Notes: a model not told the origin generated them from the letters alone. A stretch of DNA of 64,000 bases from Tetramitus jugosus (GCA_937625935.1 OW569351.1:248001-312000), one strand, 5' to 3'; shown: positions 31,140-43,900, counted from the first letter of the stretch. A program made the numbers and translations.

Positions 31140-31304
31140 TTCTTCGTAGTTGACTGATGATGTCGGATAAATTAATTTCTACGGTGCTATAAAAAAAATC
31201 AACCAATTTATGTTCTCTTGAAGCTTTCGCGTCGCGAAACCACACAAAAATCAAACAACAAAAAAACAATATCATCAACATATCAATCAATAGTCATACC
31301 AACC

Positions 31305-33379
31305 ATGAATATTTTCGCAGCTATCAACAACAATAATAATAACCATATTGATACTACCCCAAAAAGCGAAGAGAGAAATCATTTGACTGACTGTCATTTC
31401 TTTCTCATCTCCAAATGTACAAAAGTATGCTTCATCATTCATCAAAAAACAATAATATAATCAAAATACATACAGGCTGTGGGCCCTCACACAGCGCTTG
31501 AATACTGCTAGACCACCACGACTGCATCAAAAAAGCTTTCCGTTTGTTCTGAGCAAAATGAGAACAAAAAAATGGAATTTCCATTTTTGGTTGTTGATGA
31601 CGGTTCAATGGTGATGATGACGATGATTCCGCAAGTGTGAAAAGGACGACTCATTATTGCGCTCTCCCTACTACTTTTACTTGCTTTTTTTTTCCGTTTT
31701 TTGTGTTCATTTTTTGTCTTTTTTTGTTGAGTGTCTCCTGGGAGAGAGACAAAGGTGTGTCATCGTCGTTCTTCATCGTCATTATCAATGTTTTCATCTG
31801 GTGGATAGTCTTTCTGATTGGTGGTTGAATTCAAATGAGAGAACACATCATCACCATTGAACCACTGCCATTGAGTATATTCAATGATTGGCAGTTCATC
31901 AATGTTATTGACAATAATAACAGCAACAACAAATTTAGTAGTAGCAGCAGCAGCAAGCAGTAGTGTGGTCATTATCACCTCTCGTGAATGAGAGACGATG
32001 ATGATAATTACATTTATTCCGCGCACTGTGCGGACACAAGGGAAAATAATCGAACTTGGACACTAAAACAAATACTTTTCTTTGATCGCATCGCAACCGT
32101 GCCTGTTTCCTTCGAAAACAAACTTGAAATTTGATGCTTCTGCCTCCTCAATCACACAAAAAGGGTGCACAATGTCCATTTAGACACTGTGAAGCTGCAA
32201 AGTACAATACTCGCATTTGCAAGTTCTGGATGAGTGGTGAATGCAATTTATCTAGTTGCAGCTTTAGACATCCACCAATGAAACCAAAAGTATGTTTATT
32301 TTTTTGTGTGTATATGTGTGTGTGTAGTTTGTGAGCTAACCATTGTTGTTGTTGTTGATGATGATTGATAGGTTGATCCATCGAGAACCCTGTGCTACTT
32401 TTATAGCATTGGTGCGTGCACAAAGGGTGATTCCTGTGAATTTTTGCATGAGATGCCAGAGGAGAGCACTCCTCATCAGATGAAAGCAACAACGAACAAT
32501 CACACCAAGAGCACTGATACAAGATTGGAAGTAGCAGTAGAAAAGAAGACAAAGACAACAACTTCTGTTTTTGGCACCAGTGCAACCGCACAGCCACACC
32601 AGAGTAAATCTATGGCTACTACTGCTACTGTTGTACAGAGTGGATTCAACACTGCTCCAAAAACAACATCATTGGTTTCAGCATTTGCTGGCATACAGAA
32701 CAATACCAATAACACAACACGTGTCATTCCGTCCAATAAGCAGCAAAGCCCTGTCAAGAAGAGTGATCAAAAGCAAATTTCGAAAACAAACAATGCACAA
32801 AATACTAATAGGACTACTACTTTGGCTACGAGTACAGCAATGAAGCTAAAAGCCAAAATAAGGGAAATTCAAGCCACAAGAGCCTCGGAAAAAGTATTAA
32901 TCAATGAAACGACCAAAGATGAAAAGGAAAACAAGAAACAAGCAGAAGAACAACAACAACCACTTTCTCCAACTGAGGAAGGAAAATCAAAACGAAGAAA
33001 GATTAAGAGACCAGATTTAAGCTCAATCAACAAGGAAGTCGAGAAGCAATCATTGAAGGAAGAACCAAAGGAGGTGGATACAATCAAACCTCAATCAGTG
33101 ATGGACATTACCGAACCGCAGATTTCAACTGAACAATCGAGAGCGCCAACGATTCCTGCAGTCACTCAACCAACACTTGTGAAGCAACCAACACCTGTTG
33201 CGACTTCAAAGAGACCGAGACCTGCTGAAGGTGTAGAAAAAGAAGCACCTCCAACAAAGAAAGCAAAGGAAGTAGTGGAAGTGGTCGCAAATGTAGTGAT
33301 CCCAACACCAATTGCACAAACACCTCGTGCAAAGACCTTGGAAGAGGAGTTGGCCGAGTTAGAAAAGCTGCTCGAATAA
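31305..33379 (+). CDS. Triple CCCH zinc-finger protein, ZC3H11A-like (exons 31305-31424, 32164-32289, 32372-33379)
   Basis: Spliced product DCHFFLISKCTK|GAQCPFRHCEAA..CKFWMSGEC..CSFRHP..|..CYFYSIGACTKGDSCEFLH matches the ZC3H11 finger pattern. Acidic C-terminal helix LEEELAELEKLLE. Confidence 0.8.
31476..32050 (+). ncRNA. Highly structured RNA element inside the 739-nt first intron (31425-32163) of the ZC3H11-like gene
   Basis: Perfect 18-bp inverted repeat 31602-19/31846-63, closing stem 31511-25/31957-70, and at least six nested or adjacent hairpins. Confidence 0.5.
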
Positions 33380-33399
33380 ATTGTATCATATCTTTTTAT

Positions 33400-35631
33400 T
33401 TACCCAACATTTCCTGTTGAATCGCTCAGATCACGACCCTCTGGCTTCTTGATCTGGCCTGTCTTTAATGCCTCGGTGATGAACAGGTTCAGCGTTGTCA
33501 GTGGACCCTTAAAGTCAGTGTTCTTTGGGCACTCCGGCAAGAATTCGCGTTGAATGTAAAGGAGCACCTTCATGAATTGTTTTCGATATTGCACACATAG
33601 AGCCCATCCGGCAACATTAAGGAACGTATCCAAAATGGTGGCAGAAATATCTGTTGGTTTGGTGTTCAAAAATTGGGCCAACCATGACCATGCATGATCA
33701 ATGCGATAGAAGCGATTACCTGCTTGTCCGGGACTGTCCACCTGAAGGAATGCAGCAAATAAAGCAATGATTCCGGCCATTCTATCATAGTATGCAGCTT
33801 GACGTTCATCTGGAGCAGAATAACCCAAGCAATTTACAAGGAAGTCCTCGTTAGACATTGTGGTTGATCTACCCGTATAATATTGAGGAACTGTATAAAT
33901 ACAGGCCTTGTTCAATACGCCTAGGAATATATCGAGGCAGTCAGGGAATTTTTGGCAAAGGAACATCATTAATGAGGCATAAGGGAAGGCAAGACGAGCT
34001 GTTTGGGCGCTAGCTAGCTCCGATGCAATCAAATTTCCGGCAGTACTCACAACTCTCTCGGCAAGCACAATGAGACAATACTTGTACTTCATGTCTTCAT
34101 TCTTGTATTTGTTAATCAACTCATGGAGAGTGGTAGCTTTCTCTACAACAGCAATCTTTGCACATGATAGCTGATTGACAAATTTAAATATTTGTTTCCG
34201 AACAGGTAACATTTCATCCTTGAACAACTTGTCCGTCTTAAACAAATCCATTGCTTTGTATGCCTCATCTAATTTCGCTAAACGTTTCTTTGATGCTGCA
34301 TACGCTCTGACTGAGCTTGATATATTGGCAGGCACAGCCACTGGAGTAGAAGGCGTTGTGGTTGCACCGACAGTCAACGTCTTCGCCGTTGGTGCTGCCG
34401 CAGCAGCAGTCAATTGTTGTTGTTTCTTCAATTGCTCTGCTTCTTCTTGTTGCTGCTGTTGTTTCTTCCTCTCAGCTTCCGCTTCCACTTCCTTGCGCTT
34501 CCGTTCTTCTTCATCTGCTCGTTTCTTGGCCTCTGCTTCTTCTCGTGCCTTTTGCTTGCGCTTCTCTTCTTCTTCGATTCTCTTTCTTGTTGCTTCCTCT
34601 TCCATTTTCTTCCTTCTGATCATTTCTTGTCGTTTTCTCTCTTCTTCTTGTTCGTACTGCTGTATGGCGTTTGCTGCAACAGTAATTCTCGTCCGAAAAT
34701 CATCGACTCTCTCCACTGCTCTGTCCATTGCATCGTCCCACACGGCTTCATCCTCCTCGAACAATCTCTGATACCAATCATCAATAAACGCGAATTCATC
34801 CACCGTGTCTTCTGATGATTCACGATACAGCGATGCAGCATGATCTTGCTGCTCCCTCCGTACTTGATCTTGAATCATGGACTCAATCGATTGAACATTC
34901 TTCCACACCATTTGACTATTCAACTCGTTTGACTCACAAAGATATTGACTCATTTGAGCCTGGTGCTTCAGGTTACATTTTGAGTCGTAGTATTCTTCTT
35001 GTTCATCACCATGAAACTCTACACGCAACAACAAGTCTTGTATCAAACTCTCATCATAAATTTCATCTGCTTCTTCTTCTTCTTCTTCTTGATTATCATC
35101 ATACAATTCATCATCGTCATCTTCTAACAAAAATGATGATAATGATGATCTTGATGATGGAGAATACTTTTCTTCACTTGTTGTTGTAGATTCTTCATCT
35201 GAAGCATCAATATCGTCTTGCTCTTGCGCTTTTTCATCATCATCATCATCACTATGATCCCAAACATCAGATTGAGAAAACATGGATTGGAATGAGAATT
35301 GTCCAGGGACTTTTGTTGATGATGGTGGTAGTGCTTTTGTTCTTTTTGTTCTTATTGTTTGTTTGGTTGTTGTTGTTATTGGTTTGGAGTGCATTTTTTC
35401 AGCTTGTTCATGATCAGAATAATCTTCGTCATCATCATCATCATCTTCATCACTGCTGCAAAGACCAAATGAGCCATTTCCAATGTGATGATATTGATGA
35501 GACAGCAATGATGTTTTGAGTACTCCATAATTCTTTTTCGAGGTGGTCAATGTGCGTTTGTTGTTGGGCATCGTAGGATACAAACAACGTGGTGGTTGTG
35601 TTGCTGATGGAACGGCCACAGTCATCATCAT
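33400..35631 (-). CDS. GLE1: mRNA export factor GLE1
   Basis: Acidic N-terminus and charged coiled coil. GLE1 domain motifs ACIYTVP, YYDRMAGIIALFAA, AWSWLAQFLN, FLNVAGWAL..YRKQFMKVL. Start uncertain (first ATG 35631). Confidence 0.9.
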   Translation of the reverse strand: MMMTVAVPSATQPPRCLYPTMPNNKRTLTTSKKNYGVLKTSLLSHQYHHIGNGSFGLCSSDEDDDDDDEDYSDHEQAEKMHSKPITTTTKQTIRTKRTKALPPSSTKVPGQFSFQSMFSQSDVWDHSDDDDDEKAQEQDDIDASDEESTTTSEEKYSPSSRSSLSSFLLEDDDDELYDDNQEEEEEEADEIYDESLIQDLLLRVEFHGDEQEEYYDSKCNLKHQAQMSQYLCESNELNSQMVWKNVQSIESMIQDQVRREQQDHAASLYRESSEDTVDEFAFIDDWYQRLFEEDEAVWDDAMDRAVERVDDFRTRITVAANAIQQYEQEEERKRQEMIRRKKMEEEATRKRIEEEEKRKQKAREEAEAKKRADEEERKRKEVEAEAERKKQQQQQEEAEQLKKQQQLTAAAAAPTAKTLTVGATTTPSTPVAVPANISSSVRAYAASKKRLAKLDEAYKAMDLFKTDKLFKDEMLPVRKQIFKFVNQLSCAKIAVVEKATTLHELINKYKNEDMKYKYCLIVLAERVVSTAGNLIASELASAQTARLAFPYASLMMFLCQKFPDCLDIFLGVLNKACIYTVPQYYTGRSTTMSNEDFLVNCLGYSAPDERQAAYYDRMAGIIALFAAFLQVDSPGQAGNRFYRIDHAWSWLAQFLNTKPTDISATILDTFLNVAGWALCVQYRKQFMKVLLYIQREFLPECPKNTDFKGPLTTLNLFITEALKTGQIKKPEGRDLSDSTGNVG

Positions 35632-35759
35632 GTTGCTGTTGTTGATCAATTTTTTGTGGTGTGTTTGACTATTTTTTTTCGAATTCAATTGCTTTCAAAC
35701 AAACTGAAAAGTTATTGAATGTTGAATTTCTTACTCTGGCTTGCTAAGCATTGTTTTTA

Positions 35760-38144
35760 TTATTCAAGATCACCAAACAAGTCTTCTTCTTCGTCGCCTG
35801 TGAGTTTTGGAGCCTCGACAGATTCGACTGGTGCTGCCTCGAGTTGTTTGTGCAAGAAGTCCTTTGCCATCTGAGGAGTTACGTCATCAATGTCATCAGC
35901 TTCTTCCTCTGAAATGAGTGTAATGTTCTTATTTACAATGTATTTCTCCCAGAATTCAAACCTTCTGTTTGTCGGAGATGAGTACTGTCTCTTCAATTCG
36001 CGCAAGAAGTTGTTAAACTTTTCAGCTTCTTCTTCCTTGATACATCCTGTGCGAAGTGCGAGAATGCAATCTTGACACTTTTGATAGTATTGGTCATTGA
36101 TTGATTCCTTGATGAGTTTCATAATTACAATAGTCATTTGTGATATGGCCTTATCTACCAAATCGATATCTCTTCTTGATACCATTTCGTTAAAATCTTT
36201 GGCAGGGTCTGTTGTTCCAACATCGTCTGCCTTATCGTTGAACAAGTTTCTGAGAGCCACTGGATTACCTTCGAAGTTATCATCGTCTTCATCCGTAGGC
36301 TTTAATCTCTTGGCTTGCTGGGCAATCGCAACATTCGCTTCGAGAGGGTTGACATTCGCACTCGTCGTATTGTAAGAATCTAAACTAATTTCATTGTTAG
36401 TAGCAAACCAATATTTCCTCTTTCCGAGCGTTGATGTTTTTTCGATTCTCTTGAGTGGAAATTGTTGTTGGAAGCTTTGGAACGCAGGCTCACATTTTTG
36501 CACCAACTTCGTATAAAAGGAATCTGAAGCCTTCTCGGGATAGCAAGCACGGAAAAATGACTCATCTAGCGGTGGGAGAGGATCATTGGGGTGAAGGGCT
36601 CGATAGTGTGTATACGTTCTTATAGCCTCCGCGACAGGATTAAGTGTTTGAGTTGGTTTGAAAGCTTCGAACTTGTTTCCCATGTCATCCTCTGCTCCCA
36701 TCAGATCCATTGATCGAATCAAATCTTCAGCTGCTTGAAGTTGGTCAGATGGTTGGTCAGCTGCAAGAGACTTAAATGTGTAATGTCGACAAGCAAATGA
36801 GAATGGCAGATCATGACGTATGAAAAAGTCGCGATCTGGCTTTGTAATGGGATAGAGTGCACAGAGCTTGGTAGTGGTGCCAGCTCGGTAACAGTATCGA
36901 ACAATCGCCACTTGGTTCAGTTGAGCTAATGCCCGAATCAGAGCTGTCAGTGCTTCATTGGCATGCTTGTCGCCCTGTCTTGCGATCACATAACCGGAAG
37001 TACTTTGTAAACTGTGTCTTGGTATGGCTGATTCATCAGAAAAACCGAGGACCTTTAAACACTTTTGGTTAGGATAGGCCAAGATGTGTTTGTCATTGTC
37101 ATGCACAGGGACAAAATTCTTTCCATACCTATATCCCTTAACCAAATCAGTAACTTCCAAATCAGGATTGTCTGAAGAAGTCAAGCGAGTGAGACGTTTG
37201 ACCTTGACTTTTAACAGAGGGAGATCTTCTTTGAGTGCCTCTGCAGTTACTGGAGTCAAACCTCTCGTGTACAAACCACCACGTGTGAACGATGAAACTG
37301 GAATTTGAATCGAATCACCAATCTCCAAATCAAACTTTGCGGGACGCATGATAGCAAGTGGACGAGGTCTTGGTTGGTTTAGCATCTCTATTGCTTGAGC
37401 TGGACTAATCACAACACCACCTGAAAGCCCACATAATTCTTGCAAGAATTGCTCATTCTTCTGCTTTGGGGTGATTTTCTTCTTAGAGTCCTCCTGTTTC
37501 ATATTGGATTCATCATCTATATCGTCAAACTCGATGCCAAACACATCAAATTGAATCTTCTTCTTCTCAGCAATCTGTACAATCATTCCTCTATCCTCCT
37601 CTGAAAGTTCATATCCACCTGCATCTGTCACAATAAATATTCTCTTCTTATGAACTCTTTTTGCAAATCTCTTCTCCAACACGTCAGCTGCCACAATAAT
37701 CGCACCAAATAAATCCGTTTGAGCACCACATCCAGTCTCTTGTGTGTTCAATGAGTCAATACACTTAAAATGGTTGATATCTGCATGACCCACTTCAGCT
37801 GCTTCAAAAATATTCAGGTATTCGTCATGAAACGTTTCATTTTGTTCATTTTTTGTTGCTTTGGAGCCAAAATAGAAGACACCCACTTCATCAACTGAAG
37901 AGATCTAAACGTTAGATCCATCATCATCATCATCATTATTTTCGAATAAAGGAATGAGGAGTGAGCACTGCTGAAATACGATACACAACAAGTATACAAA
38001 AAAATAAACACAAACTTGCGACTGTACCTTTCGTTGAATGAAGGTGCTGGTGGCTTTTTTTGCTTCTTCGATGACGCTCGATGGGCGCAAGTTGACTGAT
38101 TTTCCAATGTCAAGCAATATGATGATTGCGTTCTTCTGAGACAT
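35760..38144 (-). CDS. XRCC5: Ku80 (exons 38144-38028, 37904-35760)
   Basis: vWA motifs IIILLDIG and RIFIVTDA. Ku core KGYRYG, CLKVLGF, VAIVRY. Ku80 C-terminal domain VGTTDPAKDF..ALRTGCI..FNNFL and the DNA-PKcs-binding-like tail EEDLFGDLE. Confidence 0.92.
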
Positions 38145-38348
38145 AACTGTTGTGTTTGAGTTGTACCAGTTTGATGTGTGTTGTTGTTATTTGACGACAC
38201 AAACGGATGTTGTTTTTGTCCACAGTCGTTCTTGCTTTTTGAGAGCGCATTCCCCCAAAAAATGGAAGAATTTTTTCTTTCCGACAGACTCCGACATTGT
38301 AGCCGTTCCACACAGCAAAAAAGCAATCAACGAACAACGGAAGCACAA

Positions 38349-39506
38349 ATGTCTGATCAACTACTCAATCCAACAATCCCAAACGCTGATAAATTAAATG
38401 ATGATGATGTCATTCTTGTGACTGGAGGAACAGGTCTCTTTGGTAAGGGTGTCGAAGCAGCCAAGAATCAGTACAATTTGAAGGGCAAGTGGATCTTTTT
38501 GAGCTCAAAGGATGGTGACTTGAGAGACAAGGCTGTCTGTGACCAATTGTTTGCCAAGTATAAGCCAACTTATGTGTTGCACTTGGCTGCTTTTGTAGGT
38601 GGCTTGTTCAGAAACATGAAATTCAAGGCTCAATTCTGGTTGAACAATGTCAACATGAACAACAACATTTTGCAGAATTGTTATGACTATGACGTATGTG
38701 TGATCTTGATTTTTTTCTCATTCCCCCTTCGTTTGAAAGACACCAGTATTTGTTTGAGCATCACACAAAAAAATATGTGTGATCCCATCAAAAAAACATG
38801 AAAACAACAAACTCACGCGAAACAATCATAACAGGTGAAGAAGACTGTGAGTTGCTTGTCCACTTGTGTCTATCCTGACAAGGTCACATACCCTATTGTC
38901 GAGTCTTCCTTGCACTTGGGTCCTCCTCATGTCAGCAATGACGCCTATGCTTACTCTAAGCGTATGCTTGACTTGTTTGGTCGTTGGTTGAACGAAAAGC
39001 ACCAAAATGAACACGGTGAATCCAAGGTTAGATTCACCTCTGTCATCCCTACCAACTTGTTCGGTCCTAATGATAACTTTAACATTGAGGATGGTCATGT
39101 CTTGCCTGGTTTGATGCACAAGGTGAAGCTTGCCATGGACAATAACTCTGACTTTACCATTTATGGTACTGGAAAGCCATTGAGACAATTCTTGTACAGT
39201 TTGGATGCTGGTCACATGATCATTTGGGCCATGTTGAACTATGAGAATGAGGAGCCAATTACGATCAGTGTTGGTGAAGAGGATGAGATTTCTATTGGTG
39301 AAGCTGCCCACACTGTGTTGAACAAGTTTGAATTCAAGGGCAATGTTGTTTATGACACTTCCAAGAGTGATGGACAGTTTAAGAAGACTGCCAGCAATGA
39401 GAAGTTCAAGAGCCTCTACCCAGACTTCAAGTTTACTCCATTTGATGTCGCCATTGGTGCAACTGTCAAGTGGTTCCTTGACAATTATGAGACATGCAGA
39501 AAGTAA
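38349..39506 (+). CDS. GFUS: GDP-L-fucose synthase (exons 38349-38693, 38835-39506)
   Basis: VTGGTGLFG, HLAAFVGGLF, SCLSTCVYP, YAYSKR, PTNLFGPNDNF, GTGKPLRQF, DGQFKKTASN. 141-nt GT-AG intron. Confidence 0.95.
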
Positions 39507-39613
39507 ACTTTCAAGAGTTCGAGCATTTGAGAGAATTGAATAAAAAAAAAACAGAATTTATCAAAAAACGACAACCACATGATCTGTGATTGAAACACTC
39601 AGCAACAGACAAG

Positions 39614-40990
39614 ATGAGTCACAATGAAAACCAACAACTGCTAAGCATACCATTGCTCGACGATGATGATGAAGATATTGGTGATGATGGTCACAATGCG
39701 GAGCGTGTTCCTCCCAACACACAACAAACAGTCAAGGATCTGTTGGACACGTTTAGACGCGAGAGAAGAGCAGAACACTTGAGTGAAATTCGTCAAATTC
39801 GAGACAACTTGCCCGAACAGCCCAAACAATTGAGTCCTACGAGTGCAACAACGTTTGCTTCTACTTCTGTTGTTGCTGCTGCTGCGACACCTTACCGAGT
39901 ATCGAGATCGGCCGTGTCATGTCCCTCGCCGACCACTCCCTCTCCGTCCAGTTCTGTAACTGCATCTGGAAGTGGAAACAAGCTTCGTGGTACATTCAAG
40001 CTCATTTCCTATCAGCAAGCATCTGCCAATGCGGCTGAGCTGAAGCGTAACAGTCCTCAACAACAACAAGTGAGTCCCATATCATCCACGTCACCTGGCT
40101 TTACTACTGCTGTTGGAAATTCTCCTCGTGTTTCTACACCGAGCTCGGTTAGTCCTCGTGTTTCGACACCAAACACTACTAGTCCTCGCGTTAACATCAC
40201 AACAACGAATAGCAGTCCGAGCAGTTCTGCTGTTTTGTTCAAGGGATCTCAACCAATACCTAGTGATGCTTCCACTGTGTTTGTTAGCAATAGACAGAAG
40301 GGAAATCCCATTCTTCAACACGTATCCAATATTAAGTTAGAGTATCGTGGTGATCTTTTGCCGGATTATATAATGTCTGAGCACATTTGTGCATTTTATA
40401 TTGCCTGTGATTATCATTTGAAAAATCCTCAGTACTTGTGGACCAGGATGGAACAATTGGGCAGTATGTTCAAATTGCGAGTGATTTTGTGTCATATAAA
40501 TACTGAAGAGCACGAAAAAGCAGTGATGGATATAACGAAGCTATGTATGGCTGCTGATTATACTCTGATATTATGCTTCAGTACCTTTGAGGTAGCGCGA
40601 TACATTGAAACCTATAAATTGTATGAGAATAAGTCTGCTCGAACGATTCAAGTCAAAATTGATGATCAGTTCATGCCTAGGTTAACGGACGCAATTACAT
40701 CTGTAAGGAGTGTGAACAAAACTGATGCTGCTACTTTGATCAACAACTTTGGTACGCTGCAAAATGTAATGGGAAGCTCGATTGAGGAACTATCGATTCT
40801 ACCTGGGTTTGGTGAGAAAAAGGTGAAGCGGTTCTATGAAATATTGCATGCTCCCTTTATTCCTGGGAGTGCAAAGAAGAGCTCCAAACCCTCACCTGGC
40901 ACGAAAAAGCAGACAAGCATATTATCGTTTTCTCAGCCTTTAAGTGGCTCGCTTCAAGAGGACAGCAATCCTGATGGAGACGAAGAGTGA
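39614..40990 (+). CDS. ERCC1: DNA excision repair protein ERCC1/Rad10
   Basis: VSNRQKGNPIL, EVARYIETYK, HhH2 motifs SVRSVNKTDA and PGFGEKKVKR. Confidence 0.93.
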   Translation: MSHNENQQLLSIPLLDDDDEDIGDDGHNAERVPPNTQQTVKDLLDTFRRERRAEHLSEIRQIRDNLPEQPKQLSPTSATTFASTSVVAAAATPYRVSRSAVSCPSPTTPSPSSSVTASGSGNKLRGTFKLISYQQASANAAELKRNSPQQQQVSPISSTSPGFTTAVGNSPRVSTPSSVSPRVSTPNTTSPRVNITTTNSSPSSSAVLFKGSQPIPSDASTVFVSNRQKGNPILQHVSNIKLEYRGDLLPDYIMSEHICAFYIACDYHLKNPQYLWTRMEQLGSMFKLRVILCHINTEEHEKAVMDITKLCMAADYTLILCFSTFEVARYIETYKLYENKSARTIQVKIDDQFMPRLTDAITSVRSVNKTDAATLINNFGTLQNVMGSSIEELSILPGFGEKKVKRFYEILHAPFIPGSAKKSSKPSPGTKKQTSILSFSQPLSGSLQEDSNPDGDEE

Positions 40991-40998
40991 TCATTTAC

Positions 40999-43900
40999 TT
41001 AGAACTTGTCATTTATTTGTGACAAAAGTTCAGCATTCGGCTTTTTACCTCCTGTTAATTTATGGATGAGAGAATGGATTTGGAGATAGTCATGCAGTTC
41101 CTTGTCCTTAATGGATATTTGAGAGTTCAAGGTTTGATTTTGATTTTTCATCGACTCAATCTGTGAATTCAAGTCCACATAAACCTGATTGTGATTCAAG
41201 GTTAGTTGGTCAATCTCGCTTTTGTAATTTTGCAGTTTTGATGTCAACTCAGCTATCTGATGTAGGTGGTATTCTTTGGACGTGGTCAGCTCCTGGCAGT
41301 ACTGCTGTAATTTCTGTAGTTTAGCTTCAAATTCGATACGACTTGTTTTCTCTTTGTTCAGTTCATTTTCGATGCTTCGTATTGTCCTTGATGATGATTC
41401 TCGATTCTCCATCATCTTCTTATGTATTGTTGTTAACATAATTAGCTTTTTGTAGGTGTCTTCCAATCTGATAAAAGTGGATTAGTAGCTGAAGAAACGT
41501 ACAAGGTCATTCATAAATTCTCATACTTTTCGCTCTTTCCTGTCAGATCTACTCTGCACTTTCCCAGTTCGGAGATAGTAGTTGTATGTTTGAGCTTTGT
41601 TTGTTCTAACTCAGATCTTAAGTTTTGGTTAGTTTTTTCCAGTTGCTCGAATGTTTGTTGTTGTGTCATGTTGGCTTGTTCCAAAGCAAGACTTAGTGTC
41701 TTGTTTTGCATTTCAAGTTCCCGAATTCTCTTTTCCAGAGCTATCTTCTCTCCTGTGTTGCTGAGATGATTTGCTTCCTCTTTCTTCTCCACTGTCCTAA
41801 GTGCAGATATGTTGTTGGATTGGTATTGTTGGAGATGGAACGCACAAGATTCGAGTTCTTGCATATTGAATTCTCCCAGATATTGAACACAATACAGAGC
41901 ATTTGAAAGGTTGGTCCTATTGATAATATCAGTGCAAATGATAGTCTTCATTTGATTGCCTTTGTGTACAATGAGCGCACCTGATAATATTTCTGAAAAT
42001 TTTGGTGCAGTTAGGGTATGCAATAGTTCATCTTCTTCCATTATATCGGATTTGATAATTAGGCTACAAGTACTAATGGCAATAGGCATGTTCTTAGTGG
42101 AAATGCTAAAATAGAACATTTTCTTAAGTTTGTCAGTGTACTTTGATTGTATTTTTCGCTTGGTAGACCTCGAAGCGAATAGAACAATACCTATTATAAT
42201 GATTGGTGAGTAGGTGTTGAGTAGTGAATGGAATGAACAAGCACATACTTTGAAGTAAAGTGACTAGCATGGCACATAAACCGCAATGCATGGAGCTCAT
42301 TGTTCTAGAATGATAAGTTATTTCAGATGATGATTGCGTTCTCAACCGCTCTAAACAGTGATCAATTGAATCAAAAATTGTTGATATAGAGTCTTGCATT
42401 GGCGGATCTAATTCACTACCAATAAGCTGATCACCTAGGTTCTACAAGGACGTTAGTTGTTGTAGTTATTTCAAATATAAAATTTCAAGCCATACCTTGT
42501 ATAATAGTATTAGAAGTTGTGCAGAAGAGATTGCACACTGCAAGTAGTCAATACTCTTTCGTTTACAGACACTGCACTGCTCTGCACAAGTAGATATCAT
42601 CAAGATTAGGTTGGATACGAGTCGAGATATAAGTGTTTCATCATTGTCTTTGTATCTGAGACAGGAGACGACATAATCAACCGTATCGGTGTTCTCTAGA
42701 AAGGCATTAATAACTACGATATTCTTCGATAATAAGTTCGGACAATCTGATTCTGACAGAAGTTGCAGTATTCTCAAAATGTTGGCATCCAAGTTTTGAT
42801 ATTTGGATAACAATGTACCTGTTGAGGGATTGCCTAAAAAACATCGTAACATATTAATAGCATAGAATGCTTGCTCATATCGAATGGGTGTTATGACTTC
42901 GATGCATGGCTGTGGTTCAAACGGATCAGTCATGGCAGACAAGAGCCGAAAATTCAACTGAAAGGTTTGTTGAATATTTTGCTTACTGAACACTTTTTCA
43001 CCTAGTTGTGTGGCCATCGATATTGCTGATGTGTTCTGCTTAGAAGCTTCTTGTACTTCTGCAATATATGATTGATTATCCTTGTTTCTTAATGTAAGGG
43101 CCGAGAGGCATGTTAGAGCGTAGATTACAATGCTATGGAAAGAGAGAACTGTGAGTAATGTTGAAATAGCTTATTGCCTGAGTACATAAACTTACTTGAT
43201 ATTTTGTGCTGTTAGAAACTGTATGAGAGCTTTGTACAGATTTGTGCGTGTATTCTCAGGGAACTGATCAATATAAAACGTCTGGAAATGATATCGATTC
43301 TCTGTTGTGTTATTGAAAGATACAATGTGCGCTAAAATTGAGAGTGCTCTATGTTGAAGGCTAGATGACAGTAGTCAGCAATCTATTGTCTCGAAAAAAA
43401 AAGACAAGTTGGAAAAAGATTACTTACCAGTTGTTATCATTGCTCGTGATTAAGTCCAACAATGAGTTGATAATTGCATGACTCATGTCCGTATTCAACA
43501 CATGGCTATAAAACTCGCGCGTATAATAGTGACTCCACACTTGAATAAAAGCGAGAATGCGGTTCATGAACAGCAATGTTTCATTCGAATGAGACACCTT
43601 TGTATTTGCGTGAGTTAAATCGACCAGTTGATTGTAACAAAAATACAACATGTTATAAAACTGATCTGTTGTTGTCATCAAATAATGACAGAGATAAGGC
43701 TCGTTTCCAATCAGAAACACTAAAATAAATAAGGAATTGGAAGCAAATCGATGAACGAGGCACATTTCGAGCACTAACTTCAAAAAGGATTGAATCACCT
43801 CTTGCACTTCAACATTTTGTTTCTGTAGACAAGATAAAAACACAAGTATTCAGTAAATGTAGATCCAACAACACTGCATAACCGATAACATAAACAACTT

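Noticed and set aside
31425-32163. Intron as RNase P/MRP, U3, telomerase RNA or a ZBED6-like nested gene
   Set aside because: No CR-I/CR-V pair, U3 boxes in order, or CCCTAA template found. Only short low-complexity ORFs.
34175-35189. Several long + strand ORFs
   Set aside because: Antisense to the repetitive E/K/Q coiled coil of GLE1; compositional artefacts.
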